Below are positions 1 through 13,680 of a DNA stretch of 64,000 bases, piece by piece. The stretch comes from Mustelus asterias (lineage: Eukaryota), in assembly GCF_964213995.1 (NCBI RefSeq), contig NW_027590164.1:868001-932000 (forward strand). Reading direction: 5' to 3'. The number at the start of each line of letters is the position of its first letter. The first letter of the stretch is position 1. The notes beneath the pieces are model-generated. The model made no database searches and was not told where the DNA came from. It was given only the letters and a program-made list of their open reading frames with translations. The position numbers and the translations under genes were made by a program.

Positions 1-828
1 CCATGCCCGTTTCCTCAGTAAATACGGATGCAAAAAAACCATTTAGTATCTCCCCCATCTCTTTTGGTTCCATACACAGTCTACCACTCTGGTTTTCAAG
101 AGGACCAATTTTATCCCTCACTATCCTTTTGATCCTGACATACCTGTAGAAGCTCTTTGGATTTTCCTTCACTCTGTCTGCCAAAGCAACCTCGTGTCTT
201 CTTTTAGCCCTCCTGAATTCCCTCTTAAGTAGTTTCTTGCACTTTTTATACTCCTCGAGCATCTGATCTGTTCCTTGCTGCCTGTACATTTCGTACAACT
301 CTCTCTTCCTCTTAATCAGTGTTACAATCTCCCTCGAGAACCAAGGTTCCTTATTCCTATGTACTTTGCCTTTAATCCTGGCAGGAACATACAAACTCTG
401 CACTCTCAAAATTTCTCCTTTGAAGGCCTCCCACTTTCCATTTACATCCTTACCAGAGAACAGCCTGTGCCAATCCACACTTCCCAGATCCCTTCTCATT
501 TCATCAAAATTGGCCTTTTTCCAGTTCAGAACTTCAACCCGAGGACCAGATCTATCCTTATCCACGATCAGGTTGAAACTAATGGCATTATGATCACTGG
601 ATCCAAAGTGTTCCCTCACACTCACATCCATCACCTGCCCTAACTCATTTCCCAATAGGAGATCCAATATCGCATCCTCTCTAGTTGGCACCTCTATATA
701 CTGATGTAGAAAATTCTCCTGAACACATTTTACAAACTCTACCCCGTCTAAACCTTTAACAGTATGCGAGTCCCAATCTATATGTGGAAAATTAAAATCC
801 CCTACTACCACAGCTTTGTGTTTCTTGC
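1..828 (-). mobile_element. CR1-clade LINE ORF2 fragment (endonuclease/linker region)
   Basis: Minus-strand translation gives VVGDFNFPHIDW near 775-810; typical CR1 ORF2 sequence running off the window edge. Confidence 0.85.
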
Positions 829-829
829 T

Positions 830-1170
830 GTTTCAATCTGACTATTTTGCTGCCAGCATTGACTTATCTGTCTTTAAAAATCTGTTGGAAAATGGATAAA
901 TCGCATCTCGAATGACGAGGAGATTACTGGAAATTGATCTTCTTCGTGTCTCACTAAAGTTCCTGATTCTCGACTCAATTATGTGCTGATTTGTGAAAAT
1001 GATGGCGGAAATGACCGTGGATATATAGCCGACAGGAGATAATTACATCTGTAATTCTCAGACTTCTTATTCCTATTAATGCAAAGGATTGAAACATCTG
1101 CTGTTCTCCAGAGATGGAGCAATATTTCTGTTTAACCGTTACATTCGCCAATTCCATGGTAACCATCCTA
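830..1170 (-). other. Endogenous viral element: Mononegavirales L N-terminal (GHP-motif region) fragment
   Basis: ORF 975-1166(-): MELA...GIRSL...LYIHGHFRHHFH, then TKKIN...CDLSIFQQIFKD; resembles vesiculovirus L MKLA...GIRFL...LVIYGSFRHWGHP...KKDID...SDLARIVLFQQFND (by-eye, recalled reference). Confidence 0.7.
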
Positions 1171-1544
1171 AATATTTTCTACTGTGTATAGGTTGTACAA
1201 TCTCGGTAACATGACGAATCAGGATCAGGTATATTATGAGGGTGGTCAGACCTTGTGTGATACAAACAGTGATATTGCCTGGTGAACATGGACAGTAGCT
1301 GTTCAAGATGGTAGCTCATCATCACTTTGTCAGGGGCAATTAGGGAAGGGCAACAGATGCCAGTGATGCCCACATCCCATAAATGATTAAAACTTATGCA
1401 GTAACAATAGAGACAGAATCTAATCTAATATAGACAGATGTGCTGGCGCAATGATAACATAAACTGGCCGGGAGAGTCATGTAAACTAATGTATTAGATA
1501 TATAGAATAAGAGAGACAGAACATGATATAACATTTAAATAAAC

Positions 1545-2245
1545 ATTTTGTTCCGTGTGATCATTCTAGAAAAAAGTAAATTGTCCAATAATAACTGGCA
1601 GGCGTCAAACGCAGCAAAACCAGATATAGGTTCCAATTCACAACTGATTGGGTAACGGTTTCCAAAAATAATCATAGAGAATTAGAATATTATAAGTTGA
1701 ATGGCCGGCCCCGGTGTTTCACTCACAGAGAGAGCTAGGCCCGGAGTCAGACTGGGACCTGATATAAGGAAGCATATCTTTACGAGGGCCTTGCGCAGGT
1801 TTTCTTGTCATGACGAGTGATGCAGTGATTTGTGTGGCAAACACGGATTGGAAACCGATGACAGCCGCAAGAATGACTGACTCCACCTGACAAAGAGCTG
1901 TTATTCCCATGGGGGGGGGGGGGCGGGGGGGGATCAATCATGGTGGACTCCAAAAAATTCTGTCATCTGAGGTAACAATGGTGAATCTGTTAGAGGAACA
2001 GAAAATAACATGCTCCTTCTCATTCTTACAAACAGTTCCACATTTCCAGTCAGAATTGGGACATGTGAAGACTGAAAAGACGAAGTATGAAAATATCATC
2101 GGAGGCAAAACGAATAGTGCAATAACTGTTAAGGATTATTGCACTTTTCCGAAACAAGTTCGATCCAATGCTAATTTGTTCAAAGTGATGGCTTGTAAAT
2201 AGAATTGAATAATTGAATTTCGGCATCGTTCCTCGCAAATGTCCA
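1545..2245 (-). other. Endogenous viral element: L capping-domain fragment
   Basis: Minus frames in order: MPKFNYSIL...LFRKSAII (cf. PRFLSE...LFQNSRTI), FCSS...FW, GITALCQVE (cf. GxTxPxPxE), GPRKDMLPYIRSQS (cf. GxxPYxGSxT). Confidence 0.6.
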
Positions 2246-2889
2246 CCACCAACCCTCCCATCCCCCCTCCCCCACCGCGCACACACACGCACGCACATAC
2301 ACACACACACACACACACACGTGTTGCCAAAAGATAAGATTAGCACAAGACGACAGCTGTATAAATATTGCATCTTATTCAGTCTCAATGAAGGACAGGG
2401 GGAGACTCAAAAACGATGCTAGGACAATGATGCATAAGAACCATTAAAATGGACCTGTTCTCGAAAATCCTTCACATTTTACTCCATGAAGGATATATCT
2501 CATTTATTTTCAAAGTTACTGTGAAATCTGATTCGATCACCCTCTGAAGCTGTTCATTCCAGTCCACAACAACTCTTGTGTAAAAGTAAACAATCACATT
2601 TCTGTCTCTCTGCTCAATAAAATAAATCTGTGCCCACTGGTTGCTGACCGTCCTCCCAGTTGAAATATCCTCTCTTTAATTACCCTACTCAAAACGTCAT
2701 GATTTTGAACACGAATAAAAGTGTTCAAAACACTGGCAAGGAGATAGAGAGAGAGAGACACCGGGAGAGTTAGGAGAAAGAAAAACGGGGTGCTGACAGA
2801 TAAAAGCTGAAGAACAAAAAATAAATAGCTGATGGAGAGAAAATGATCGAACAATGCAAGATAACAGCTATCATTTCCTTTCTTCACGA

Positions 2890-3290
2890 AACCTGGGAGA
2901 GCTCAGTGACTGATCCACTGACCATCCAGTTATGTCCTGGAATGGAAACTCTGAACAGATCACAACAGACTCATTTGTAAATGTCACCACAATGTGATCT
3001 TTATAACTCTGCCCTCGCTCTGTGGACAGATATAGGCCGCACTGACAGATGTTCTCGTCAGATAGTGGCCCCTGGATTTATTTTCTGCTCAGAAGTGAGA
3101 TGTGTGGTTTGGAACTGGCAACAAGAATCAGGAAGTTATATTACCTGAGAATGAAACAAACGGGGCCAGTTTAATGTTATCACCGTGAACAGTCTTCCTG
3201 CCTGCGAGGGTGAACTCATTCTGAAAGCTTCAAGAACAGTTACAGAATTGCTGCCGGTCGCAGCATTACATTCACTTCGATTGCCATTTT
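2890..3290 (-). other. Endogenous viral element: L RdRp motif B-C-D fragment
   Basis: One minus frame reads RQQFC...KTVHGDNI (GDN at 3176-3184), then ~35 codons later NKSRGHYL (3059-3070; cf. GHxLK motif D). Confidence 0.5.
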
Positions 3291-4270
3291 AATGAATCAA
3301 GAAAATGATCATATTTGGGGTTTAGGTAGGTTAATTGAAAGGAAGATGGATTGAAGATTATCGCTGAGAGAAAAGAGTGAAAATTAAAGCTACATTTTTC
3401 CCCGCACAGGTGTTCTAAAATAGAAAGTTTAAGTGTGTTAGGTGTTGTGTGAGTGAAATCGAGGAGAGCGTATAAAAGAGTGAACTGGTCTGTTTCCGGC
3501 ACTGAATTTTCCTCTGTTGAGATTGTTGTGTTTCATCTTTTCAGTCACAAGTTGCCTTAAGCATGAAAGTTAAACATTTTTGAACGAGTAGCCAGATCCG
3601 GCTCATGGGTACCTCTGTAAGTGAGCTAAAGGAGGTTGAGAGAGAGAAGAGAGGTTTTCCGATTTAGGTCTTGTCTGAGACAGAGAAAGAGAGGAGAGAA
3701 GTTCAGTGAGTCATTTGAAAGATGCAATGCCTTGGCAGTGGAATGGCCAGCTGTATATCACAATCAAGAACGTCCAGAGCAGTTCATTAACTTTAGGCAT
3801 TGACTGAGGCAAAGAATGTGCAAGTAAATACTGAACAAATTACCATAAAATGCTTAAAACTAATTGCAATTATTTACATAGGAGTTATGACTGGTACCTC
3901 ACATTGTTATGGGCATAGGGTCCACTTCGGCCTTGTGTAACTGTCTGTCTGGTTTTTGCAAATTGTGTGCGTGGGTTTCCGCCAAGTTTACCGCTTTCCT
4001 CCTGCAGTCCAAAGATGTGCAGGTTAGGAGGAGTGGTCATGCTGAATTGTCCCTGAGTATCCATTTGCAGTCCAACGTGGCATACGTTTATTGTATTCCT
4101 CAATTTCCTTTGAACAAGAGGATGTTACAAGATTCATCCCAAGCTTTCAACAAATTATTGCACACAATACGTGAGCAACTAGATATGATGTGCAACACCG
4201 AATATTTATTAACAAGATGAAATGCACACTTCCAACCCCTTTCATCCACACGAATACGTTTCATTTCTTA
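3290..4270 (-). other. Endogenous viral element: second L capping-domain fragment, interrupted by a partial SINE (~3895-4050)
   Basis: CSRIVCNNLLKAW...AGHSTAKALHL...YRGTHE...FTLLYA...HLCGEKC; shares AGHST and DNA similarity (~3740-3790) with the fragment at ~1695-1750. Confidence 0.55.
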
Positions 4271-4289
4271 AGTTAGTATCTGTTTATTC

Positions 4290-4575
4290 AAAGTTAATTT
4301 ATTAGTCACATGTCGGATGGCATTAGCACTGCAATGAAGCGGCTCTGAGAATCCCCCTGTCGCCACACTCTGGCAGCTGTTCGGGTACACTGAGGGAGAA
4401 TTTGACATTCCCAATGCACCTAACTAGCACATCTTTGGAATGTGGAAGGAAACCGACACAGACACAGGGAGAACGTACAAACTCCACACATATAGTGACC
4501 AAGCCAGGAATCGAATTCGAGTCCCCAACACTGTGAGGCAGCAGTGCTAACCACTGCTAACCACTGCGCCATCCA
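4290..4575 (-). mobile_element. tRNA-headed V-SINE, alternative-tail variant
   Basis: tRNA-like head, V-domain GAGTTTG..C.TTCTCCC.GTGTCTG.G, tail ...CCCTCAGTGTACCCGAACAG...CATTGCAGTG. Confidence 0.85.
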
Positions 4576-4619
4576 GCTAGCTTGGTCTTCCTCTTTTTCC
4601 ATCCATCAGACGCATTTTA

Positions 4620-5370
4620 TAGAAATTAGTAACTGAGGCAGTGCCTGCTTTTTTATTCGGACCCAATGTAATGCAACGTGAGGTACGGGTGTGCTCAGGA
4701 GTGCATGACATACAACTTACCAAAAATAATATCTGAGATGGAACCTAATGTAACATATGTGGACTATTGACTGAGCAACAACAGCTCAGAAATGATTAAT
4801 TGTAGCATATATCACGGCATGCCTTCATGTAATATAAAGGAAGCGGCACGTAATGTAATGTAAACAGATACAAGGTATATTGCAATAATGATTCAAATGA
4901 ATCAAATGCAGTACATAAAGAGGCATGGCCTAGTGCATTACTGTATAAGACTGCACCAAATGGGCTATTGCAGCGAACATCGTCAAGTACAGTACTAACT
5001 GAGACAGGGTTAATTGTAGCCCTTATAGATCAAGGCCCAGTCCGTTAATAAATTAAACTTCAGGTTGCGTTATATAGTGCAGAAAGAAAGATAAAACGAG
5101 ATATGGTGGCGTACAGACATGACTGAGACAACTCCTGTGCAATAAAAAAAATTACATGGTGAAATGCAGTAATAACAGAAGGAGGGGCAGTGTAATAAAA
5201 CTAAACTCAATATATAGTGAAATTTAAGCATATACATCGTCGTACCATAGTAAGCAATAGAACAAAAATGGCCATTAATATGTTCCTCGGAATCAGAACC
5301 TAATTCAGTAATAACGATATGTGATCTAATGCTATGAATCCTGGAGGATGAACTGCAGTGTTGACTGAGG
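4620..5370 (+). repeat. Degenerate ~29-bp minisatellite (AACTGAGACAGGGTCCAGTGTAATATA-like)
   Basis: Recurring actgagacag / gtgtaatata units; same family at ~1390-1540, 6150-6555, 15985-17400, 33580-34560. Confidence 0.6.
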
Positions 5371-5704
5371 GAGGAGAGAGAGAGAGAGAGAGACAGATGG
5401 ACAAGTGCATTAATATCACTCCATTTATGATGAATGATCTGCTGAGTGTTTCTGGCAGTTCATTTTTCAGATCCCATGCATCCGCAGTATCTTGTTTTTG
5501 AGCAAGGAGATATTTGAACAGATTACTAAAAGGACGATCAATACAGGGACAGTTTTATGCATTGATTTAGACGAGGAAAGTGAGATAAGGAGATTTAGGG
5601 AGGGAATAACAGAGCTTAGGGCCTGGGCAGATTAACACATCCCTAACTGAAAAATAATTTTGAAGATAAGAATGGAAATTGCAGAAAATATATATATTTC
5701 AATT

Positions 5705-6140
5705 CTATTCAAACATAACTTGTTCTGTTGCCATTTCGTTTTATTTCTCTCTGAAACAGATGAACAATTAACCATTGGTTAGAAAATTGGCCTGTGGGAG
5801 CCCATCTGGCGATATTGTGAGTACAAAATTCTGTCTCATACCGCCAGTGTATCAGTTGAATGCTATTAATAAAATACGACAGGCGAAACAATCTTTATCG
5901 CTAAAATCTGCAGCAAATTGACATAGTGCAACACAATCTACAACGAATAAAATGCATCATAACAGAGATTCCTAAATATATTGCAAAGAGCACTGCACTA
6001 TTGTTCATATTGACCTGTCCCTCAATGCCAGTTTATCACTGAGAAATTGTTATAACTTTCACGCTAAATATTACCCACACAATAGCAGAGTGATTAGACG
6101 TTTCTCACAGCTACTTATAAATATTAGCAAAAAATAAACC
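5705..6140 (-). other. Endogenous viral element: L pre-motif-A fragment
   Basis: ORF 5709-5891(-): TGQFSNQWLIVHLFQREIKRNGNR (cf. WLIVSLxPKEREFK/KERELK), preceded by DFSDKD (cf. DDKAIS). Confidence 0.6.
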
Positions 6141-6149
6141 TACTGTTTC

Positions 6150-6555
6150 AAACAAGAATGATTGGTATCGGACAGGCACACCCACATATATCGTGATTGA
6201 TAATATCTCGACAGGCAACATATTCATGGTCGCATGTTGGACTAACAGAGACAGGCTCTGATGTAATGTAAAGAGACAAATCCTGTGTAATGTAAAAAGA
6301 GATGGGATCCGACGTAATGTAATCAGATCTGTGGTCCACTGTAGGACTAATTGAGAGGACCTGATGTAGCATAAATAGAGAAATGGCTGAGTGTAGCATA
6401 ACGAGAAAAACGACCGAATGTAGTATAAAGAGAGACAGGGTCCACTACCATATCATTAAAGACTGGGTCTGGTACAACATAAATAGAAGCATGGACCAGT
6501 GTAATGTAATCAGAGGATTGATTCAGTGAATTAATAACCAATAAAGCAGGGTCTT
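6150..6555 (+). repeat. ~29-bp minisatellite array
   Basis: About 13 degenerate units such as agagacagggtccactaccatatc / agagatgggatccgacgtaatgtaa. Confidence 0.7.
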
Positions 6556-6559
6556 CTAC

Positions 6560-7150
6560 ATACTGGCCCTATTGCCAATGGATAGCGTTTTCTTCCTAAT
6601 GAGCAAAACATGCTCATTCATAACTTTGAACTTCTGTACTAAATCTCCCATAAACTGCACTGTTCTAAAGGAAAGAAACTCTGCGTTCAGCTGTTCTGAT
6701 AGTGCAGCTCATGCATGATGAACGTCAAGCTCCACACCGCCTTCTGCCTCGCATGTTTCCCGATGTCATTTTAGGAATTGATGGAACTTTCACATGGATT
6801 CTCATTAATCAATGGCATCGTGTCAGAATAAGATTCAAGGCTAAGAAAAGACTTGCTTCTGACAATTAAATGCATCAGTGAAATATTGGACACAGATCTC
6901 AGAGTTTAGACACACTGAGCTCAATGTTATGTCAAAACACAAAACTGTGATCGGTTAACAGTCTTATCCCAGTGGAATCAACATCATTTTTGAGTCAATT
7001 GGCAATGTGCTCAATTCCCACAACAGATACCTCAGCTCATGATACAACCTGTGACCAAGTGCTGAATGTTCAGTTGTTCCATTATTGGATGTGATGATAT
7101 TGCAGTCCAAGGCGTAGCTTACAATATTATTATTAAGCTTGTATTCCAGA
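6560..7150 (-). other. Possible L thumb-region viral fragment
   Basis: KMMLIPLG..PI (cf. LLPxxLGGxP) and LINENPCESSIN (cf. LxEDPxSLN); weak. Confidence 0.35.
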
Positions 7151-8139
7151 AGCTTGAAGTAATGCTCTGCGGGCAAGGGTTCAAATTCCACCCCAGCAAC
7201 TGGGGAATTTCAATTCAATTAATTGATTAAGCTGAATCAAACATCGGTGTCTAATTAATAACAATCATATTTCGGCAAAGTTCATCTTCTTCTCTGATGT
7301 ATTTTAGGAGAGGAAATTTTACTTCTTACTTGTAAGACATATAAAATTGCCAGAAGAAGCAACAAGCCTGAGGGTTTGGAATGTTTTAAAATTCAACAAA
7401 AGAAGACACAATGTGCGAGGGGGGAAAGAGAGAATGAAAGTATAATGGCAGGAAGCAGAGAAACTAATTGTACAAGCTTCTCTGAATATCTGAAGAGACA
7501 AAGATTAGTTAAGACAAATTAGGTAGCTTCCATTCAGAATCCAGGGAAATTATAATGGGGAACAAAGAAATGTTGGATGAATAGAACACAAAGTTTGACT
7601 CCATCTTCACAAAAGGGGACACAAATATCCTCCCAGAAATGTTAGGGAACCAAGAGCTGGTTGGCATTGAAGAACACCAGTGTTAGTAGCAAAATCATGC
7701 TGGGGAAATTAATGGGGTGAAATGCTGATAAATCACTAAGGCCTGAGAATCTACATCCCAGAGTATGAATGAAAATGTCCCTCAAAATATTGGGTGCATT
7801 GGTGTCATCCTCTAAAATTCTATACACTCTGGATCAGTTCCTATAGATTAGAGGGTGACAAATAAAATCCCAACATGTACAAAGGAAGGGAGAGTAAAAA
7901 TGTTGAATTACAGCCTGACTTTAGCATAAGCGAAGATGTTAGAGACTGTTATCAACGACATGATAGCAAAATATTTGGAAAGAATTAACGGAATTTGATG
8001 AAGCCAGCATGGGCTTAAGGAAGATATGTCATTCTTAACAAACCTACTTGCATTTTCTGAGGCTGTAAGTAATAGAATAGTGAGGGGGGGGGGGGGCGGG
8101 GGGGGGGGGGGATGGAGGGAGGGGGGAGGGAACCAGGGT

Positions 8140-11100
8140 ACATAGAACATAGAAACATAGAAAGAAATACAGTACAAACAGGCCCTTCGGCCCACAAGTT
8201 GCGCCGGTCATGCCGCTACCTACCTAGGTTTATATATAGGCTTATCTCTAACCCTCAATCCTGTTAAGTCCCATGTACTCATCCAGAAGTCTCTTAAAAG
8301 ACCCTATCGAGTTTGCCTCCACCACCACTGATGGCAGCCGATTCCACTCGCCCACCACCCTCTGAGTGAAAAACCTACCCCTGACATCTCCTCTGTACCT
8401 ACTCCCCAGCACCTTAAACACGTGTCCTCTCGTAGCAGACATTTCAGCCCTGGAAAAAAGCCTCCGAGAATCCACCCGATCTATACCTCTCAACATCATG
8501 TACACCTCTTTCAGGTCACTTCTCAGCCTTCATCTCTCCAAGGAGAAAAGACCGAGCTCCCTCAGCCTATCCTCATAAGGCATGCCAACCAATCCAGGCA
8601 ACAGCCTTGTAAATCTTCTCTGCACCTTTTCAATCATTTCCACATCCCTCCTGTAATGAGGCGACTAGAACTGAGCACAGTACTCCAAGTGGGGTCTGAC
8701 GAGGGTCTTATAAAGCTGCATTATTATCTCCTGACTTCTAAACTCAATCCCTCGATTGATGAAGGCCAGCACACCATACGCCTTCTTAACCACCCCCTCT
8801 ACCTGCGAGGCCGATTTAAGAGTCCTATGGACCTGGGCCCCAAGGTCCTTCTGATCCTCTACACTGCTAAGAGTCGTACACTTGATATTATACTCCTTCA
8901 TTCCATTCGACATGCCAAAATGGACCACTACACATTTATCCTGTTTGAAGTCCATCTGCCACTTCTCTCCCCAGTCTTGCATCCTATCAATGTCACACTA
9001 CAGCTTCTGACATGCGTCCAACCTATCCACAACACCACCAACCTTCGTGTCGTCGGCAAACTTACCAACCCATCCCTCCACTTCCACATCCAGGTCATTT
9101 ATGAAAATGACAGACAGCAAGGGTCCCAGAACAGATCCCTGGGGCACTCCACTGGTGACCGACCTCCATTCAGAAAATTACCCGTCTACAACCACTCTCT
9201 GCCTTCTGCAGGCAAGCCAGTTCTGAATCCACAAGGCAACAGCCCCTTGCATCCCATGCCCTCTCACTTTCTTGAGAAGTCTTGCATGGGGTACCTTATC
9301 GAACGCCTTGCTGAAGTCCATGTAAACCACATCTACCGCTTTTCCTTCGTCAATGTGTTTCGTCACATTTTCAAAAAACTCCACCAGTTTCGTAAGGCAC
9401 GATTTGCCTTTGACAAGGCCGTGCTGACTACGTTTGAGCATACGAAACTTCTCTAAATGTTCATAAATCCTGTTCCCCAGGATCTTCTCCATCAACTTAC
9501 CAACCACTGAGGTTAGACTCACCAGTCAGTAATTTCCTGGGCGATCCCTATTCCCTTCCTTGAATATAGGAAACACATCCGCAATCGTCCAATCCTCCAG
9601 AACCTCTCCCGTCTCCATCGACGACGCAAAGATCATCACCAGAGGCTCTGCAATCTCTTCCCTCACCTCCCACAGTAACCTGGGGTACATCCCATCCGGT
9701 CCCGGCGACTTATCTATCTTGATGCTATTCAAAATTTCCAACACATCCTCTTTCTTAATGTCCACATACTCAATCTTTTCAGCCCACCTCAGTCCTGTAG
9801 TAACCACCCAGGTCTTTTTCCACCGTGAATACCGAGGTAAAATATTCATTAAGCACCTCTGCTATTTCTTCCGGTTCTGTACAGACTATCTCACCTTCAC
9901 CTTTTATAATTCCTATTCCATCACATCTCATCCTTTTACTCTTCACATATTTATAGAATGCCTTCGGGTTCTCCTTAATCTTACCTGCCAAGGCCTTCTC
10001 GTGACCCCTTCTGGCTCTCCTAATTTCTTTCGTTCCGACAAGCCGTCTACTCATCTAGATCCCTATCATCGCCTAGCGCTCTGAAGCTTTTGTACGCTTT
10101 CCTTTTCTTTCTCACTAGGTTCAGCGCAGCTTTCGTGCACCATGGTTCCCGTAACCTACCAACACCTCCCTCTCTCATCGGAACGTTGTCATGCAGAACT
10201 CGAGGCAAACATTCCTTGAAAATCTGCCACCTTACTTCAGTACTTTTCCTCGAGAATGCCTCCTTCCAATTTACGCATCTAATCTCCTGCCTGATGGCTT
10301 CATATTTCCCCTGACTCCAGATAAACACTTTCCGAGCTTGCCTGATCCTATCTCTTTCCAATGCTTGCGTAAAGGAGATAGAGTAATGATCACTATCCCC
10401 AAGATGCTCCCCCACTGAGAGATCCGACATCTGGTACTGGCTTATTAGCCAGTACCAGGTCGAGTACAGCCTCTCCTCTTGTAGGCTTATCCACATGCTG
10501 TGTCAGGCAACCCTCCTGAACACACCTAACAAACCCCTCCCCATCCAAACCCCTTACTCTATGGATATTCCAATCGATGTTTGGGAAATTAAAGTCTCCC
10601 ATCACGACAACCCTGTCATTCCTACATCTCTCCAGGATCTGTTCCCTATCTGCTCCTCAACATCCCTGTTACTATTGGGCGGCCTGTACAAAACACCCAG
10701 CAAAGTTATCGACCCCTTCCCGCTCCGAACTCCCACCCACAGAGACTCCGTAGACAATCCCTCCACGGCTTCCACATTCTCTGCAGCTCTGACACTATCC
10801 CTGATCAGCAGTGCCACTCCCCACCCCCCTCTTTTGCCTCCCTGTCTGTCCTTTCTGAAACATCTGAAACCCGGCACCTGAAGTATCCAGTCCTGTCCCT
10901 GTCCCCAAGTCTCCGTAATGGCCACCACATCACACTTCCAAGCATCGATCCACACTCTAAGCTCATCCACTTTATTCAGTACACTCCTGGCATTAAAATA
11001 GACATATCTCAAACCTTTGGTTTGAGCTCTCCCCTTCTCCATCACCCGTCTATTCTCGCTCTTAAACTGTGTACAATCCTTCTCTATTTGCGGGCTAGCC

Positions 11101-11470
11101 TCCTCGCTCTCAGTCACCTCACCACGATTCCCTCCCCCCAACCTTTCTAGTTTAAAGTCTCCCCAGTAGCCTTAGCCAACCTTCCTGCCAGGATATTTGT
11201 CTCCCGAGGATTCAAGTGCCACCCGTCGTTTTTGTACCGGTCACACCTTCCCCTAAAGAGGTCCCAATGATCCAGGAAACTGAATCCCTGCCCCCCGCTC
11301 CAGTCCCTCAGCCACACATTCATCCTCCACCTCACTCCATTCCTGCTCTCACTTTCCCCTGGCACAGGCAGCAATCCTGAGATGACAACCTTTGTGTTCC
11401 TCCTTCCCAACTGTCTACCTAACTCCCTATATTCTCTTTTCATTACCCCTTCCGTCTTCCTACCTATGTC
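8140..11470 (-). mobile_element. Younger CR1 LINE nested in the old CR1: ORF1 esterase part plus broken ORF2 (EN+RT)
   Basis: ORFs 11147-11479 (VVISGLLPVP, DGWHLN), 10602-11141 (YFNARS, ITETW, YRPP), 9178-9522 (YMDFSKAFDKVPH), 8665-8982 (VRPHLEYC); (CATAGAA)n tail at ~8141-8160. Confidence 0.95.
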
Positions 11471-11689
11471 AGCGTGCATGTACGTGGTGCATTTGCACTT
11501 TCAGAAGACATTTGAGACGGTTCCTCGTAAAATATTAGTAGGTCAAATTAAAGCACGTGGGATAGGGAATAATGTATTGACATTTGTGTAGAATTCGTTG
11601 ACAGATAAGAAACAGAGAATGGAAATACATGGGTCTTTTTCCGAGTGGCAGTCAGCGACTGGTGGGGTACTTCAGGATCCCAACTTATA

Positions 11690-11955
11690 TTATTTATTAG
11701 TCACATGTAGGCTTACGGTAACAGTGCAATGAAGTTACTGTGAAAAACCCCGAGTCACCACACTCCAGCGCCTGTTCGGGTGCACTGAGGGAGAGTTTAG
11801 CATGGCCAATGTCCCTAAGCTGCACGTCCTTCGGATTGTTGGAGGAAACCGGGCACCCAGAAGAAATCCACGTAAGCACGGGGAGAATGTGCAGACTCCG
11901 TACAGAAAAGGCCCCAAGCTGGGAATCGAACCCGGTCCCCAACGCTGTGCCACCG
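11690..11955 (-). mobile_element. V-SINE, alternative-tail variant
   Basis: Same family as 4290-4575, 12685-12975(+), 16925-17205(-), 36930-37235(+). Confidence 0.85.
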
Positions 11956-12469
11956 TGGGATCTGGATAAGGAAATCAAATGTAAAATGTCCTAAGCGGCT
12001 GGCGATGCATAACTGTGAGCTATGAGGAGGATGCAGTGACTTGTGAGCTGAGAGGAGGATGCAAGGGTCTTCAATGTGATCTGGACAAGTTGTGTGAATG
12101 GGTGAACATGTGGCAGATGCAATACAACGTGGCTAAATGTACAGTTATATGCGTGTGTAAAGCACAAAACAATATATATTTGGAAGTGTGATGTACAAAT
12201 TGATCTGGGTATCCTTTTACACCAAACAATGAAATCGGAGAGGTATGTACAGCAAGCAATTGGGAAGGCCTTCGTTGCAAGAAGATTTGAGTTCGGAATT
12301 AGTGAAGTCTTACTGCAGTAATGCCTGGTCTTCATCAGACCACATCTGGAGTAATGCGTATAGATTTGATCTCCCGACCTAAGAAAGGGTCTCTGGCGAG
12401 TGCAGCTGATACACGGATTGGTGGGACTGTCCTATACGGCGAAATTGCTTCGACTGGGCCTGTATTCAC

Positions 12470-12600
12470 TTGACTGACCTGATGAAGGAGCAGCGCTCGG
12501 AAAGCTCGTGATTCCAAATAAACATGTTGGACTTTAACCTGGCGTTGCGAGACTTCTTACTGTGCACACCCTAGTGCAACGCAAGCATCTCCGCCTCATG
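12470..12600 (+). mobile_element. Penelope-like pLTR fragment with hammerhead-ribozyme-like core
   Basis: CTGATGA-aggagcagcgctcg-GAAA at 12479-12503; matches 35130-35260; TGTATTCA direct repeat at 12461 and 12599. Confidence 0.75.
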
Positions 12601-13354
12601 TATTCATTCGAGTTTAGAAGGATGAGAGGAGATCTGATTGAAATACGTAAAATTGTGATTGCAACATTCAAAGCATAAAAAATGAGGGCGATGCAGTGGA
12701 ACAGTGGCTAGCACGGCTGCCTCACAATGCCAGGGACCTGGGGTCGATTGCCAACTTGGGTCACTGTCTGTGCAGAGACTGCACATTCTCCCATTATCTG
12801 CGTGGGTTTCCTTCAGGTGCTCCCTTTTCCTCCCACAGTCCGAAAGACGTGCTGATTCGGTGCATTGGCCATGCTAAATTTTCCCTCAGCGTACCTGAAC
12901 AGGCGCTGGAGTGTGGCCATAGGGCCTTCTCACAGTAACTTCATTGCAGTGTAGTCTACTTGTGACATTGATAATCAATGAACTTATGAATAATTAAACG
13001 AATTCTAACAGGGCTGGGCAGGCGAGATGAAGGAAGGACGTTTTCGCTGGTTAGGTAGTATCAAACCAGGGATGCAGTCTCAAGACATAGGGTAGCCAAG
13101 TTAGGACAGAAATGAGGAAATATTTCTTCACTTCAGAGACTAGTGAACATACGGAGTGCTCGAGCACTGAAGGCTTAGGATGTCATGCCACTGAATAGAT
13201 TCAAGAAATAAATTGATTTGTGATTAGATTTTAATGGTATCGGGGGTGTGAGCAGAATCCAATAATGTGGCCTTGAAATAGGAAATTAATCAATGATCAT
13301 GAAGACTGCTGGATCAGGCTCGAATGGCCTCCTCCGGCTCCTAATTTCTATGTA

Positions 13355-13680
13355 ACTAATGTTCAGTCAATGTTCTGAGGACCTGAGTTCAAATCCCGCC
13401 AGAGCAGATGGTGGAACTTGAAATCAATAAAAAATAGCTGGAATTAAGAATCTATTGATGACAGTGAGACCATTGTTGATAGTTGTAAAAACCCATCTTG
13501 TTTACTAATGTCCCTTTAGGGAACGGAATCCGCCGTTCTTACCTTGCTTGACCAACATGTGACTCCAGAGTCACAGCAATGTGGTTGACTCTCAACTGCC
13601 CTCCAAGGGCAACTAGAGATGGGCAACAAATGCTGGCCAGCCAGTAATGTGCAAGGCCCACGAATCAATAAAAAAAGCTA
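13355..13680 (+). mobile_element. Second tRNA-derived SINE family (tail shared with a CR1/L2-group LINE)
   Basis: GTTCAAATCCC box, GTGACTCCAG core, tail GGGCAACAAATGCTGGCC; other copies ~7160-7320, 26760-27115, 28655-28985(-), 39060-39400, 55880-56180(-). Confidence 0.75.

Larger units (their letters stand above)
7330..13350 (+). mobile_element. Old CR1 LINE ORF2 (RT plus 3' end), split by nested insertions
   Basis: RT pieces at 7330-8080 (DKSxGP-type, SQHG), 11470-11690 (YVVHLHFQKTFETVP) and 11955-13350 (RPHLE, 3' tail). Confidence 0.8.

Noticed and set aside
1700-1780. Second Ig promoter (TGGGACCTG shared with 41111)
   Set aside because: No leader or V follows; lies inside an L-like fragment
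8422-9456. 344-aa plus-strand ORF
   Set aside because: Antisense shadow of the minus-strand CR1 RT
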